Assembly: GCA_964399675.1 (NCBI GenBank)
Contig: CAYNRK010000001.1
Location: forward strand, 137,221-201,220
Length of the DNA stretch: 64,000 bases
From: an uncultured Gammaproteobacteria bacterium
GTDB taxonomy: Bacteria > Patescibacteriota > Patescibacteriia > UBA9934 > GWF2-40-263
Direction of reading: 5' to 3'
Both the position numbers and the translations under genes were made by a program. Each line of letters opens with the position of its first letter. The first letter of the stretch is position 1. Below the pieces are notes generated by a model, which ran no database searches, had not been told where the DNA came from, and worked only from the letters and a program-made list of their open reading frames with translations. Positions 17,515-27,344 of the stretch are shown here, piece by piece.

Positions 17515-18189
17515 ATGAAGCTTTCAGTCCTTTTCATCATCTCGCTCATATCTGCGACCGGTTGCATTTCCATGCGGCCAATTCCTGATGACTCGCAGGT
17601 CTCTTACTACGAGCCAAGGGTCGAGCGCATATTCAAAAGGCTGAAGGCCGAGTTGCCGGCAAATAGTCCCCGAATGACCTATCAGATCTGGGACTCCTCG
17701 TCTGTTCCAGAAGGAAAAAGACTTTTCGAAGCTAATCTGGACACGAACACGGTCTACATACGTGTCTTGGTTCTCAGATCCTTTAGTGAAGATACTCTTG
17801 CCTTCGGGATCGCTCATGAGATAGGTCATCTTGTGGAACACGAACGCCGTCACTCTCAGATGAGGTTGGCTTGGATCGGTGGCTCAGGAGCGATCGGTGC
17901 TGCAGTGGGTTACGCAACGGTCTGGTGGGCAGGAGCAATCTCCGGAGGTGTGGCACTTTTGGTGATTGGTCCTCCTGTCTTACTCGGTATGTTGCGTTCA
18001 GGTGAAACCGATATTGATCGATTCGCAGTTCAGCTCACCAAACGAGCTGGATTCGATGCCACGCGCGCTGTTGAAGAATGGTGCGACCTTTTCGAAGCTC
18101 TTGAAGTTTCATCTGGCCAAACTCCAGTCACTCATCCGCCTGCGCAGAAGCGATGCCCTGACTTGCAAAGAGCTCTTCATCAACCTTAG
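17515..18189 (+). CDS. Lipoprotein with an HExxH zinc-metalloprotease motif and two C-terminal TM helices (M48/M56-like). Higher GC (about 52%).
   Basis: Signal peptide with lipobox ISATGC. HEIGHLVEHE motif. Hydrophobic WIGGSGAIGAAVGYATVWWAGAISGGVALLVIGPPVLLGML. Confidence 0.5.
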   Translation: MKLSVLFIISLISATGCISMRPIPDDSQVSYYEPRVERIFKRLKAELPANSPRMTYQIWDSSSVPEGKRLFEANLDTNTVYIRVLVLRSFSEDTLAFGIAHEIGHLVEHERRHSQMRLAWIGGSGAIGAAVGYATVWWAGAISGGVALLVIGPPVLLGMLRSGETDIDRFAVQLTKRAGFDATRAVEEWCDLFEALEVSSGQTPVTHPPAQKRCPDLQRALHQP

Positions 18190-18211
18190 CCCTTACGGGC
18201 TATTTCTTTTT
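18186..18211 (+). terminator. Terminator hairpin ttagcccttacgggctatttcttttt.
   Basis: Stem tagccc/gggcta plus a T-run. Near-duplicate of 17464-17488. Confidence 0.6.
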
Positions 18212-18272
18212 GTAATTCTTGAGCTAAAGAAAATTCTCAAGTACCATGTGGGCATTACATTATCAAAATTGT

Positions 18273-19496
18273 ATGCCAAACCCATTTGAAAACGCTCTAA
18301 AGCAACTTGATCGCGCAACAGCAATTCAATCGTTTGATCAGGACTTTTTAGATAAATTGAAAAAACCAAATCAAGAAATTAGAAAAATTGTTCAACTAGA
18401 AATGAATGATGGTTCAAAAAGAGATATAGAGATTTATCGCGTTCAACACAACAACTCGCGCGGACCTTACAAAGGTGGAATTAGGTTTCATCAAGACACT
18501 GATATCGAAGAAGTCAAAGCTCTTGCGTTTTGGATGACTTTGAAAACCGCAGTAGCCAACATCCCAATGGGCGGAGGAAAAGGTGGGGCAACAATCAATC
18601 CAAAAGAATTATCAAAAGCAGAGCTTGAGAGATTGTCTCGCGCATGGATGCAAGCAATGGTCGAGCATGTTGGCCCTCAAAAAGATGTTCCAGCTCCGGA
18701 CGTAAATACAACTCCAGAAATTATGAAATGGATGGCAGACGAGTTTGAGAAAATTACAGGTGACTCAAGCGGTGCTGTGATTACAGGAAAGCCAATTGAA
18801 AATGGTGGATCAGAAGGTCGGGGAGTTGCAACAGCGCTTGGAGGGTTTTATGTTTTTGAAGCACTTAAAGATAAATTAAATCTTCCAGAACAATGTCGGG
18901 TTGTGATTCAAGGATTTGGAAATGCAGGTCAGTATGCTGCAAAGTTTTTTAAAGACGCAGGACACAAAGTGATTGCTGTTTCAGATTCTCGTGCTGCAAT
19001 TCATAACCCTGATGGACATCACGTTGATTCATTAATGGAACATAAAAGTTCAACCAGAGCAGTTACAGATTTTTCCGGCGCTAGTCAAATCGAACACGAT
19101 TCTTTGCTAGAGCTTGAGTGTGATGTTTTAATTCCTGCTTTTATTGAAAATCAGATTACAAAAGAAAATGCTGACCGTATTAATACAAAAGTTGTTCTTG
19201 AGCTTGCTAATGGTCCAATAACCCCAGAAGCTGATGACATTTTGTTTGCTAAAGGAATTCAGGTGATTCCTGACATTTTGGCAAACAGTGGGGGGGTGAC
19301 TGTTTCAACTTTTGAATGGGAGCAAAATGTAAAAGGTGAGCATTGGTCTGAAAAAGAAGTTCTGGATAAACTTAAAGAAAATATTCAACGCGAAGCTTTG
19401 AATATTTATAATCGCGCACAAGAGCTAAACACTGACATGCGTTGCGCAGCTTTTATTGTGGCTCTAGAGCGGCTTGAGCAAGCACAGCAAAACTGA
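18273..19496 (+). CDS. gdhA: Glutamate dehydrogenase.
   Basis: KGGIRFH...GGGKGG catalytic Lys/Gly-rich motif and C-terminal Rossmann GFGNAG. Confidence 0.9.
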   Translation: MPNPFENALKQLDRATAIQSFDQDFLDKLKKPNQEIRKIVQLEMNDGSKRDIEIYRVQHNNSRGPYKGGIRFHQDTDIEEVKALAFWMTLKTAVANIPMGGGKGGATINPKELSKAELERLSRAWMQAMVEHVGPQKDVPAPDVNTTPEIMKWMADEFEKITGDSSGAVITGKPIENGGSEGRGVATALGGFYVFEALKDKLNLPEQCRVVIQGFGNAGQYAAKFFKDAGHKVIAVSDSRAAIHNPDGHHVDSLMEHKSSTRAVTDFSGASQIEHDSLLELECDVLIPAFIENQITKENADRINTKVVLELANGPITPEADDILFAKGIQVIPDILANSGGVTVSTFEWEQNVKGEHWSEKEVLDKLKENIQREALNIYNRAQELNTDMRCAAFIVALERLEQAQQN

Positions 19497-19513
19497 TAAT
19501 ATCTCGATATTCT

Positions 19514-20344
19514 ATGCCAGAAACCCCAATTCCATTTGAGAAAAGTAGAGAAGTTGAAAAAAGAAGTCTTTCTTTTGCAACAATTGAAATGATGGGTTCT
19601 AAAACAACTCAGCAAGATGCACATAGAATTAGAGAAATTGAAATAGATGGACGGCCTGCTGTTATGGCAGTTGTGGCAGATGGTCATGGACCAGATGGTG
19701 ATTTTATTGCACAACGTACATGCGAAGTTTTAACAAGACAGGATCCTGAGTTTGTGGATCCGGAATTAATAAGACAACTCTTTGAAAAAGCAGCAACAGA
19801 ATTTCAAGATTCAGACAGCGGAACAACAGCCAGTATGGTTTTTGTCTCACAAGAAAAAGCTTTGATAGGATATGTGGGCGACAGCGAGGCCTGGCTTGCA
19901 AAAAAAGATGGCAGCTCTCAAACACTTACAACACCTCACAGATATGGTAGAAACCCTAAAGAAACAGAAAGATTAGATGATTCTGGTGCAAATATATGGG
20001 GTAGTTCTGAATTAGACGATGAAAGAAAAACAACAGGACGTATTCAAGTTGCAGGACGAACGCTTGCAGTCTCTCGGTCAATTGGAGATGTGTACTATTC
20101 AGAGTTTGTTGGTTCTGAGCCAGAAATTATTGAGCAAGATTTGTCTGATAATGATAAGTTCTTAATTGTTGCTTCTGATGGGTTTTGGTATTTTTTTGAA
20201 GACAGACGCGGACAAAAGATATTAAAAGAAGTGCTAGAGTCGTCAGAAAATGCTGAACAAGCAAAAGAAAAATTTACAGAATTATTAGAACAATGGGATC
20301 TTTTTGACAATGTAACAGTCATCGTCGTAGATGTATCAAAATAA
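19514..20344 (+). CDS. PP2C-family (PPM) serine/threonine protein phosphatase.
   Basis: Metal-binding motifs AVVADGHG, GYVGDSEA, LAVSRSIGD, ASDGFW. Confidence 0.75.
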   Translation: MPETPIPFEKSREVEKRSLSFATIEMMGSKTTQQDAHRIREIEIDGRPAVMAVVADGHGPDGDFIAQRTCEVLTRQDPEFVDPELIRQLFEKAATEFQDSDSGTTASMVFVSQEKALIGYVGDSEAWLAKKDGSSQTLTTPHRYGRNPKETERLDDSGANIWGSSELDDERKTTGRIQVAGRTLAVSRSIGDVYYSEFVGSEPEIIEQDLSDNDKFLIVASDGFWYFFEDRRGQKILKEVLESSENAEQAKEKFTELLEQWDLFDNVTVIVVDVSK

Positions 20345-20346
20345 AT

Positions 20347-22827
20347 ATGCCATACAATCATTTAGAAATTGAAAAAAAGTGGCAAGATAAATGGGAAGAC
20401 TCAGGTCTCTTTCATGCCAAAGATAATTCAGACAAGCAAAAGTTTTACTGTTTGATTGAATTTCCATATCCATCAGGTGTTGGACTTCATATTGGTCATT
20501 TGCGCAGCAACACAGCAATGGACATAATTGCTCGCAAACGCCGAATGGAAGGATTTAATGTTTTGTATCCAATTGGTTGGGATGCGTTTGGACTTCCAAC
20601 AGAAAACTACGCAATCAAAACTGGTCGCAAACCACAAGATGTTACAAAAGAAAATGTTGCAACTTTTAAGCAACAACTCCAGTCAATTGGTTTTTCTTTT
20701 GATTGGTCTCGAGAAATCAACACAACTGATCCGGATTATTACAAATGGACGCAGTGGATGTTTTTGGAGTTTTACAAAGCCGGCTTGGCTTACAAAGACA
20801 AGGTACGAATTAATTGGTGTTTGTCTTGCAAGATTGGTTTGGCTAATGAGGAAGTGGTTGAAGGTAAGTGTGAGCGTTGTGGAGGGGAGATTGAAAAGCG
20901 CGACAAAGAGCAATGGATGATTGCAATTACAAAGTACGCTGATCGTTTGCTCGAAGATTTGGAAACCGTTGACTACTTGGACAAGATTAAAACTCAGCAA
21001 GTAAATTGGATTGGAAAAAGTGAGGGGGCTGTTGTGAAATTTGAAGTTCTCCCCCCTTTTCAAGGGGGGACAAAAGGGGGGTTATCAGTTGGCAAAGAGC
21101 TCGAAGTTTTCACAACTCGCCCCGATACTTTGTTCGGAGCAACCTACATGGTTCTCGCACCTGAGCACCCTTTAGTGGATCAGATTACAACCGATGAGCA
21201 ACGCGTAGCTGTTGAACAATACGTAAAAGAAGCAAAAGCGCAGACAGACATTGATCGACAAAATATTGAAAAAGAAAAGACGGGGATATTTACTGGTGCT
21301 TATGCAATTAATCCAGTTAACGAGGAGGAGATTCCAATTTGGGTAGCTGACTATGTGATGATGGGTTATGGAACAGGAGCCATCATGGCAGTTCCAGCTC
21401 ATGATGAAAGAGACTCTGAGTTTGCGAAGAAGTTCGGTCAAAAAGTTATAAAGGTTATTGCAGGCGAAACGATAGGAAAAGAAGTTTATACAGGAGACGG
21501 TAAACTTATCAATTCAAGTTTCCTTAACGGTTTATTGGTTTCGGAAGCTAAAGAAGCGATAATTGAATGGCTTGAGGAAAATGGAAAAGGAAAGCGTTCA
21601 ACAAGTTACAAACTCCGTGATTGGGTTTTTTCTCGTCAAAGATATTGGGGAGAACCTATACCTCTTGTTTTTTGTGAACAATGTGCAAAACAAGAGGTAA
21701 ATTCCAAATCACAAATCACAAATTCCAGAAATGCAGGATGGGTTCCAGTTGAGGATTTGCCAGTTGAGCTTCCTGAAGTTGAAAAGTATGAACCAACTGA
21801 TACAGGCGAATCACCACTTGCTGCAATTGAAGATTGGGTGAACACAACTTGTCCAAAATGTAAGGGTCCTGCAAAACGAGAAACAGACACAATGCCAAAT
21901 TGGGCTGGATCAAGCTGGTACTTTTTGGCTTACATTATGAAAGGCATTAGCGAGAATTACCAATTTTCAATAACCAAATACCAATCTCAATTGAAAAAAT
22001 GGATGCCGGTTGATTGGTACAACGGTGGAATGGAACACACGGTTCTTCATCTTTTATATTCTCGATTTTGGAATAAGTTTTTGTTTGACCAAGGTCATGT
22101 GCCAACCAGTGAACCTTATGCAAAACGCACAAGCCATGGATTAATTTTGGCAGAGGATGGATCAAAGATGTCAAAGTCAAAGGGCAATGTTGTAAATCCA
22201 GATGAGTTGGTAACTGAGTACGGCGCTGATGCTGTGCGACTCTATCAAATGTTCATGGGGCCATTTTCAGAGCCAGTGCCATGGAGTATGAACGGCTTGA
22301 TTGGAATGCGACGATTTTTGGAAAAAGCCACAAACCTTTCTGGTCTCGTTAAAGACACTGAATCCAAAGACGTTACAAAGTCTCTTCATCAAACAATTAG
22401 AAAAGTTACAAACGATATTGAAAAGATGCGGTTCAACACAGCTGTTTCGCAGATGATGATTTTTGTGAATCTTGTAAAAGAGCAGGGGAGTATTACAAAA
22501 GAAAGTCTTGTAACATTTTTGACAATCCTGTGTCCATTTGCGCCCCATCTTACAAACGAGCTTTATGAATCTTTGGGTGGAAAAGAATTTTTGGAAACAT
22601 TAAGTTGGCCAGAGTTTGACGAAAAGCTTGCAAAGGAAGAGTTGGTTGAAGTTGCTGTGCAGATAAATGGAAAAGTTCGAAGTTCAATTATGATCGCGCC
22701 AGAGGCTGATGAAGAAGCTGCAAAAGAATTAGCACTTGCAGACGAAAATGTTATTAAGCATCTGGACGGAAAAGAAATCAAAAAAGTAATTTACGTTCAG
22801 GGGAGAATTTTAAACCTTGTTGTCTAG
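20347..22827 (+). CDS. leuS: Leucyl-tRNA synthetase. It carries an in-frame 13-aa PPF-element insertion (LPPFQGGTKGGLS) at the entry to the CP1 editing domain.
   Basis: HIGH (PYPSGVGLHIGH), KMSKS, and editing domain TTRPDTLFGATYMVLAPEHP. Confidence 0.95.
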   Translation: MPYNHLEIEKKWQDKWEDSGLFHAKDNSDKQKFYCLIEFPYPSGVGLHIGHLRSNTAMDIIARKRRMEGFNVLYPIGWDAFGLPTENYAIKTGRKPQDVTKENVATFKQQLQSIGFSFDWSREINTTDPDYYKWTQWMFLEFYKAGLAYKDKVRINWCLSCKIGLANEEVVEGKCERCGGEIEKRDKEQWMIAITKYADRLLEDLETVDYLDKIKTQQVNWIGKSEGAVVKFEVLPPFQGGTKGGLSVGKELEVFTTRPDTLFGATYMVLAPEHPLVDQITTDEQRVAVEQYVKEAKAQTDIDRQNIEKEKTGIFTGAYAINPVNEEEIPIWVADYVMMGYGTGAIMAVPAHDERDSEFAKKFGQKVIKVIAGETIGKEVYTGDGKLINSSFLNGLLVSEAKEAIIEWLEENGKGKRSTSYKLRDWVFSRQRYWGEPIPLVFCEQCAKQEVNSKSQITNSRNAGWVPVEDLPVELPEVEKYEPTDTGESPLAAIEDWVNTTCPKCKGPAKRETDTMPNWAGSSWYFLAYIMKGISENYQFSITKYQSQLKKWMPVDWYNGGMEHTVLHLLYSRFWNKFLFDQGHVPTSEPYAKRTSHGLILAEDGSKMSKSKGNVVNPDELVTEYGADAVRLYQMFMGPFSEPVPWSMNGLIGMRRFLEKATNLSGLVKDTESKDVTKSLHQTIRKVTNDIEKMRFNTAVSQMMIFVNLVKEQGSITKESLVTFLTILCPFAPHLTNELYESLGGKEFLETLSWPEFDEKLAKEELVEVAVQINGKVRSSIMIAPEADEEAAKELALADENVIKHLDGKEIKKVIYVQGRILNLVV
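21051..21086 (+). repeat. PPF element copy inside leuS (in-frame).
   Basis: ccccccttttcaaggggggacaaaaggggggtta. Confidence 0.85.
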
Positions 22828-22830
22828 CTG

Positions 22831-22907
22831 TGTCATCTCGACTAAGGCCAAAGGCCGCACGGAGAGATCTCGTATATTCGAGGTCTCTCGGTAAGCTCGA
22901 GATGACA
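22831..22907. repeat. TGTCAT-family element, copy 2 (tgtcatctcgactaaggcc...ctcgagatgaca).
   Basis: Terminal inverted repeats. It sits between the leuS stop and the NUDIX gene start, and its right inverted repeat supplies a candidate ATG. Confidence 0.7.
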
Positions 22908-23477
22908 AAATATATGATTCCAGAGAATGCAAAAAAAGTTTTTGAGGGCGTGATATTTGATGTTTATCAATGGGAGCAAGAAATGTATGACGGAAGCTTT
23001 TCAACGTTTGAGATGCTAAAGCGACCTGGTACGGTTGAGATATTAGTTGTGACTGATAAAGGAAAAATCATGATTCAACATCAGCGGCAACCCGACAAAG
23101 ATGAGTCATTTTTGTGTCCAGTCGGTGGACGTGTAGATCCTGGAGAAGATCCTCTTACAGCGGCAAAAAGAGAAATGTTAGAAGAAACAGGATATGAAGC
23201 TGATGAATGGGAGCTATTGCATGAAGTAAATCCAATGAGTAAGATTGATTGGAAGATGTCAGTATTTATTGCTCGTAATATCAAGCAGGTGAGCGAGCAG
23301 CACTTGGACGCTGGCGAGAAGATTGATTTATTGGAAGTTGATTTTGATGAGTTTATTCAACTTGTTGATCAAGCTAAAATACGACGCATTGAACAGGATT
23401 TGCGAACCATGTGCGTTCGCGCTGTTTACGACAAAGATAAGTATCAAGAATTAAAGCAAAAAATATTTGGGGGCTAG
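22902..23477 (+). CDS. NUDIX hydrolase.
   Basis: Nudix box GGRVDPGEDPLTAAKREMLEETG. The start is ambiguous (22902 within the repeat, or 22914). Confidence 0.75.
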   Translation: MTKYMIPENAKKVFEGVIFDVYQWEQEMYDGSFSTFEMLKRPGTVEILVVTDKGKIMIQHQRQPDKDESFLCPVGGRVDPGEDPLTAAKREMLEETGYEADEWELLHEVNPMSKIDWKMSVFIARNIKQVSEQHLDAGEKIDLLEVDFDEFIQLVDQAKIRRIEQDLRTMCVRAVYDKDKYQELKQKIFGG

Positions 23478-23519
23478 CAAAGCCCTCATTTAATTAAAAT
23501 GATATTCAAAACTAATTTG

Positions 23520-23605
23520 TGTCATTGCGAGGGAGCAAAGCGACCGAAGCAATCCTCGTATACGAAGATTGCCACGTCGGCCTGTGGGCCTCCTCGCAAT
23601 GACGC
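23520..23605. repeat. TGTCAT-family element variant (tgtcattgcgaggg...cctcgcaatgacgc), copy 3.
   Basis: Terminal inverted repeats TGTCATTGCGAGG/CCTCGCAATGAC. Shares cgaagcaatcctcgt with 62941. Confidence 0.7.
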
Positions 23606-23614
23606 AAGAGTTGT

Positions 23615-24931
23615 ATGAACATTATAATGATCGGGACCGGATACGTCGGTCTAACAACCGGAGTAGGATTTGCCGAACTTGGGCACAAGGTCGCGTGCGT
23701 TGATATTGATCAGCAAAAAATTGCACAGCTTGATCTTGGTAAGTGTCCAATTTACGAACCCGGTCTTGAGGAGCTTCTCAAAAAAAATCAAGAGAATGGC
23801 AATATTGTTTTTACAACCAATTTGTCTTTGGTTATCGGCCAGGCAGAAGTTATCATCCTTGCGGTTCAAACTCCTCCAAAAGCAAATGGCGAATCCAATC
23901 TTGATTACATAATGAAAGCAGCAGAGCAGATTGGTGAACTCTTGGATCACGAAGCAATTGTTATTGTTAAAAGCACTGTGCCGGTTGGAACCAACAGAAA
24001 GATTATTGAGTGTATAAGAAAAGCACTTGAAGAAAATGGAAAAAGCGATCTCACAACAGTGGTGCAAATTGCTTCAGTTCCGGAATTTTTGCGCGAAGGG
24101 TGTGCAATGAAAGATTTTTTCAAATCAGATCGCGTGGTTATTGGAACTGATGACGAAATAGTATCTGCGATTGTGGAGCAAATGCACAGCGGAATTGAGG
24201 CTCCGGTTTTAAAAACAACACTAGAATCAGCTGAGCTCATTAAGTCAGCTTCAAATGCATTTTTGGCAACAAAGATTTCTTTCATTAATGAAATGGCAAA
24301 CATTGCAGAAATGTCTGGTGCTGATGTGCGTGAAATTGCAAAAGGAGTTGGTATGGATAGTCGAATCGGTTCAAAGTTTTTACAAGCTGGTATAGGTTAT
24401 GGCGGTTCTTGTTTTCCAAAAGATGTTTCAGCGCTTAAGGTTTTGGCAGGAGTGCGTGGATACGATTTTCATTTACTTAAAGCAGTTATTGAGGTTAACA
24501 ACAAACAAAGAGAACTTTTTTTTAAAAAGGTTCAAAAAGCCCTAAGCCCATTGAAAGGTCGTCGTATTGGTGTTTGGGGAATTACATTTAAACCAGACAC
24601 AGATGACATTCGTGATTCAGCATCAATGGATATTGTTAAGCAACTTATTGCACATGGGGCTGATGTTAGTGTTTATGATCCAAAAGGAATGGAGCATGCC
24701 AGACACGTGCTTCCGGATCACATCACCTTTGCCCCAACTCCGATTGATGCGGCAAATGGTGCGGATGCATTACTTGTTCTTACAGAATGGCCAGAGTTTA
24801 AAGACGTTTCTTTTCCAACACTTAAAGCTCGCATGATAGGCACTCAGATTTTTGATGGGCGTAACTGTCTTGCTGATTTGCATCTTGATCAATTCGGCTT
24901 TGAGTATTGTGGAGTTGGGTTGTGTACTTAA
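23615..24931 (+). CDS. ugd: UDP-glucose 6-dehydrogenase (nucleotide-sugar dehydrogenase family).
   Basis: N-terminal GTGYVGL Rossmann motif, catalytic GGSCFPKD, and C-terminal UDP-binding domain. Confidence 0.85.
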   Translation: MNIIMIGTGYVGLTTGVGFAELGHKVACVDIDQQKIAQLDLGKCPIYEPGLEELLKKNQENGNIVFTTNLSLVIGQAEVIILAVQTPPKANGESNLDYIMKAAEQIGELLDHEAIVIVKSTVPVGTNRKIIECIRKALEENGKSDLTTVVQIASVPEFLREGCAMKDFFKSDRVVIGTDDEIVSAIVEQMHSGIEAPVLKTTLESAELIKSASNAFLATKISFINEMANIAEMSGADVREIAKGVGMDSRIGSKFLQAGIGYGGSCFPKDVSALKVLAGVRGYDFHLLKAVIEVNNKQRELFFKKVQKALSPLKGRRIGVWGITFKPDTDDIRDSASMDIVKQLIAHGADVSVYDPKGMEHARHVLPDHITFAPTPIDAANGADALLVLTEWPEFKDVSFPTLKARMIGTQIFDGRNCLADLHLDQFGFEYCGVGLCT

Positions 24932-24933
24932 AC

Positions 24934-26406
24934 ATGATTGCCAACTCGCGATCCAAAACACTTGCCAGCATTCTGGCGGTTTTTTGTTTGGGGATTTTAA
25001 TTGGTCCTTTGTTTTTATTTGTACCGCAAGAAGTTTTCTTGATACTAATCATTTTGGGACTTTCAATTCTTTTTTTTAGATTTACTAAACCAACTCGTCT
25101 CATTATATTTATTTTGCTTGCTCTTTTGGTTGGGTTGTGGAGGTATGGGCAAAGTGAGATTCCTAAAAACATTTCAACTGTTCAGGATCATGTTGGTGTT
25201 GCAACACAAGTTTCAGGCACTGTCTCCTCAGAAGTGGAAAAACGTATTTCGTATCAACAATTGATTATTGATGATGTTTCTGTTGCCGGCTCTGTTTCTT
25301 ATGGAAAAGTATTGCTACGAGCACCACTTTATCCTGAGGTTTTTTATGGCAATAATGTTCAGTTTAATTGCAAACTTGAAAAACCGGAACCATTCAATGG
25401 ATTTGCTTATGACAAATTTTTGCAAACTAAAGGCGTGCTTGCTGTTTGTGCTTTTCCTCAATACTTAGACGTGATCTCAAACGAAAAGCCTTCCATGATC
25501 GGAATGTTGCTTTCTTTAAAACGTAATCTTGTTCATAGACTTCGAGAGCTTGTGCCCGAACCGCACGCTTCATTTTTATCAGGTCTTGTCTTTGGCGGAA
25601 GTTCATCATTGTCAAAAGACATTAAGGATGATTTTGCAAGAACCGGCACGTCTCATATTTTGGCAGCTTCAGGTTTTAATGTTTCACTTTTCTCGCTTAT
25701 ATTTCTTGGTTGGCTTTTAAGGAGTCCACTTGGAAGAAAAAAATCACTTGTGCTCACTGTTGGATTGTTGTTTGTATATTTGGTTTTAGCAGGAGCAACT
25801 CCAGCCGTGCTGCGTGCAACACTTATGGGGCTTTTGGTTTTGGCTTCGCAATGGGTAAAGCGAAAACCGTATTATCTTAATCTGATTCTTTTGACTGCTG
25901 CGTTCATGCTTTTTATCAACCCAAGGATTCTTCTTCATGACGTTGGGTTCCAACTATCATTTGCTGCAACCATTGCACTTATCACAATTCCACAAAAATG
26001 GGACAAAGCCTTTTCGTTTATTCCAAACAGGCTCAGGCTTAGAACGTCTTTTGTTGCATCTCTTGCCGCAATTGTTGTCACACTTCCAATTGTGCTATGG
26101 CATTTTGGAACCATCTCAGTAGTCGCACCGATTGTGAATCTTTTTGTGCTTCCGCTTGTGCCGTACGCAATGGCGATCGTGCTTGCAATGCTTGCTGTTA
26201 GTTTTGTTTCAGGCGCATTGGGATTGGTTATTAGCCTTGGAGCTTGGGCGTTCTCTTTTATCATGCTTTCAATTATTCACCTTTTCGGTCAGTTGAATTT
26301 TGCATTGGTTGAAGTTGAATACGCACAAATTTTAGGGAGCGTCATCGCAGTAATTATCGCCAGCTTTTTTCTCCGAAAACACTTATACAAAACTTCTCGA
26401 TCGTAA
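24934..26406 (+). CDS. comEC: ComEC/Rec2 competence-channel membrane part (DUF4131 plus competence domain).
   Basis: Multi-TM. GTSHILAASGFNVSL corresponds to the ComEC HLLAISGLH motif. Confidence 0.7.
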   Translation: MIANSRSKTLASILAVFCLGILIGPLFLFVPQEVFLILIILGLSILFFRFTKPTRLIIFILLALLVGLWRYGQSEIPKNISTVQDHVGVATQVSGTVSSEVEKRISYQQLIIDDVSVAGSVSYGKVLLRAPLYPEVFYGNNVQFNCKLEKPEPFNGFAYDKFLQTKGVLAVCAFPQYLDVISNEKPSMIGMLLSLKRNLVHRLRELVPEPHASFLSGLVFGGSSSLSKDIKDDFARTGTSHILAASGFNVSLFSLIFLGWLLRSPLGRKKSLVLTVGLLFVYLVLAGATPAVLRATLMGLLVLASQWVKRKPYYLNLILLTAAFMLFINPRILLHDVGFQLSFAATIALITIPQKWDKAFSFIPNRLRLRTSFVASLAAIVVTLPIVLWHFGTISVVAPIVNLFVLPLVPYAMAIVLAMLAVSFVSGALGLVISLGAWAFSFIMLSIIHLFGQLNFALVEVEYAQILGSVIAVIIASFFLRKHLYKTSRS

Positions 26407-26423
26407 ACAAAATTATAAGAGTT

Positions 26424-27305
26424 ATGATGCAAGTTAGGGTTAAACCAAAAAGGTCACAAATAAAATTTGAGTTTATTTTTATTGGCTTAGTTTGTTTTTT
26501 TACAATTGGTTTGTTTGTTTTTAAAACCTTGCCAACTCATGGCGAATTTCGTGTTTGGTTTTTTGATGTGGGCCAAGGTGATGCAACGCTTCTCATCAGT
26601 CCAAAAGGCGAGCGGCTTCTTATTGATGGTGGACCAGATCAATCTGTGTTGAGCAAGCTTGGTACGATTCTTCCTCCTTGGGATCGTCGTATTGATGCCG
26701 TTCTTTTGACACACCCTGATGCAGATCACATGCTTGGGCTCATCTCTGTTTTGGAATTTTATGATGTGCAACAAGTTTATGTTTCCGGAGAGGAAGCGCA
26801 GAATGCTTTTTTTAAGGCTTGGAGTAAGAGGCTTCAAGAGGAGCAGGCAACAGTGATTAAATTAAAGCAGGGAGAGGAGTTTAAGTTTGGTGGTTTGGAT
26901 GTTCATGTTCTTTGGCCAAGAGCTGACAGAGAGGATTTCAGTCGTAACAACCAGTCGATTGTTTTGGATGTTCATTATGGTGATACGTCCATTCTTTTGA
27001 CAGGAGATCTTGAAGAAGAAGGTGAAACAGAACTCTTGGCAATTGTTAAGCCAATTGATGTGCTCAAGGCCGGACATCATGGCAGTCTTTCTTCCTCCTC
27101 TTATGCTTTTGTTCAAAAAACAAAATCTGATTTCTCGATTATCTCAGCCGGTCTGGATAATCGTTATGGTCATCCTCACCCAACAGTTCTTGAGCGTTTA
27201 AAAGATGTTGGCAGTCGCATTTTTCGAACAGATCTGGATGGTGACATTTTGCTTTCCAGTTTTGGGGGCGAACCAGTTGTTAAGGAAAAACCCTTGCCAT
27301 TTTGA
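26424..27305 (+). CDS. ComEC-associated metallo-beta-lactamase domain protein, encoded as a separate ORF.
   Basis: N-terminal TM, then MBL motifs DVGQGDATLL, HPDADH, GHHGS. Confidence 0.65.
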   Translation: MMQVRVKPKRSQIKFEFIFIGLVCFFTIGLFVFKTLPTHGEFRVWFFDVGQGDATLLISPKGERLLIDGGPDQSVLSKLGTILPPWDRRIDAVLLTHPDADHMLGLISVLEFYDVQQVYVSGEEAQNAFFKAWSKRLQEEQATVIKLKQGEEFKFGGLDVHVLWPRADREDFSRNNQSIVLDVHYGDTSILLTGDLEEEGETELLAIVKPIDVLKAGHHGSLSSSSYAFVQKTKSDFSIISAGLDNRYGHPHPTVLERLKDVGSRIFRTDLDGDILLSSFGGEPVVKEKPLPF

Positions 27306-27344
27306 TTGTTTAATGTTAGCCTTTCGCTATTAACGAACAAATTT

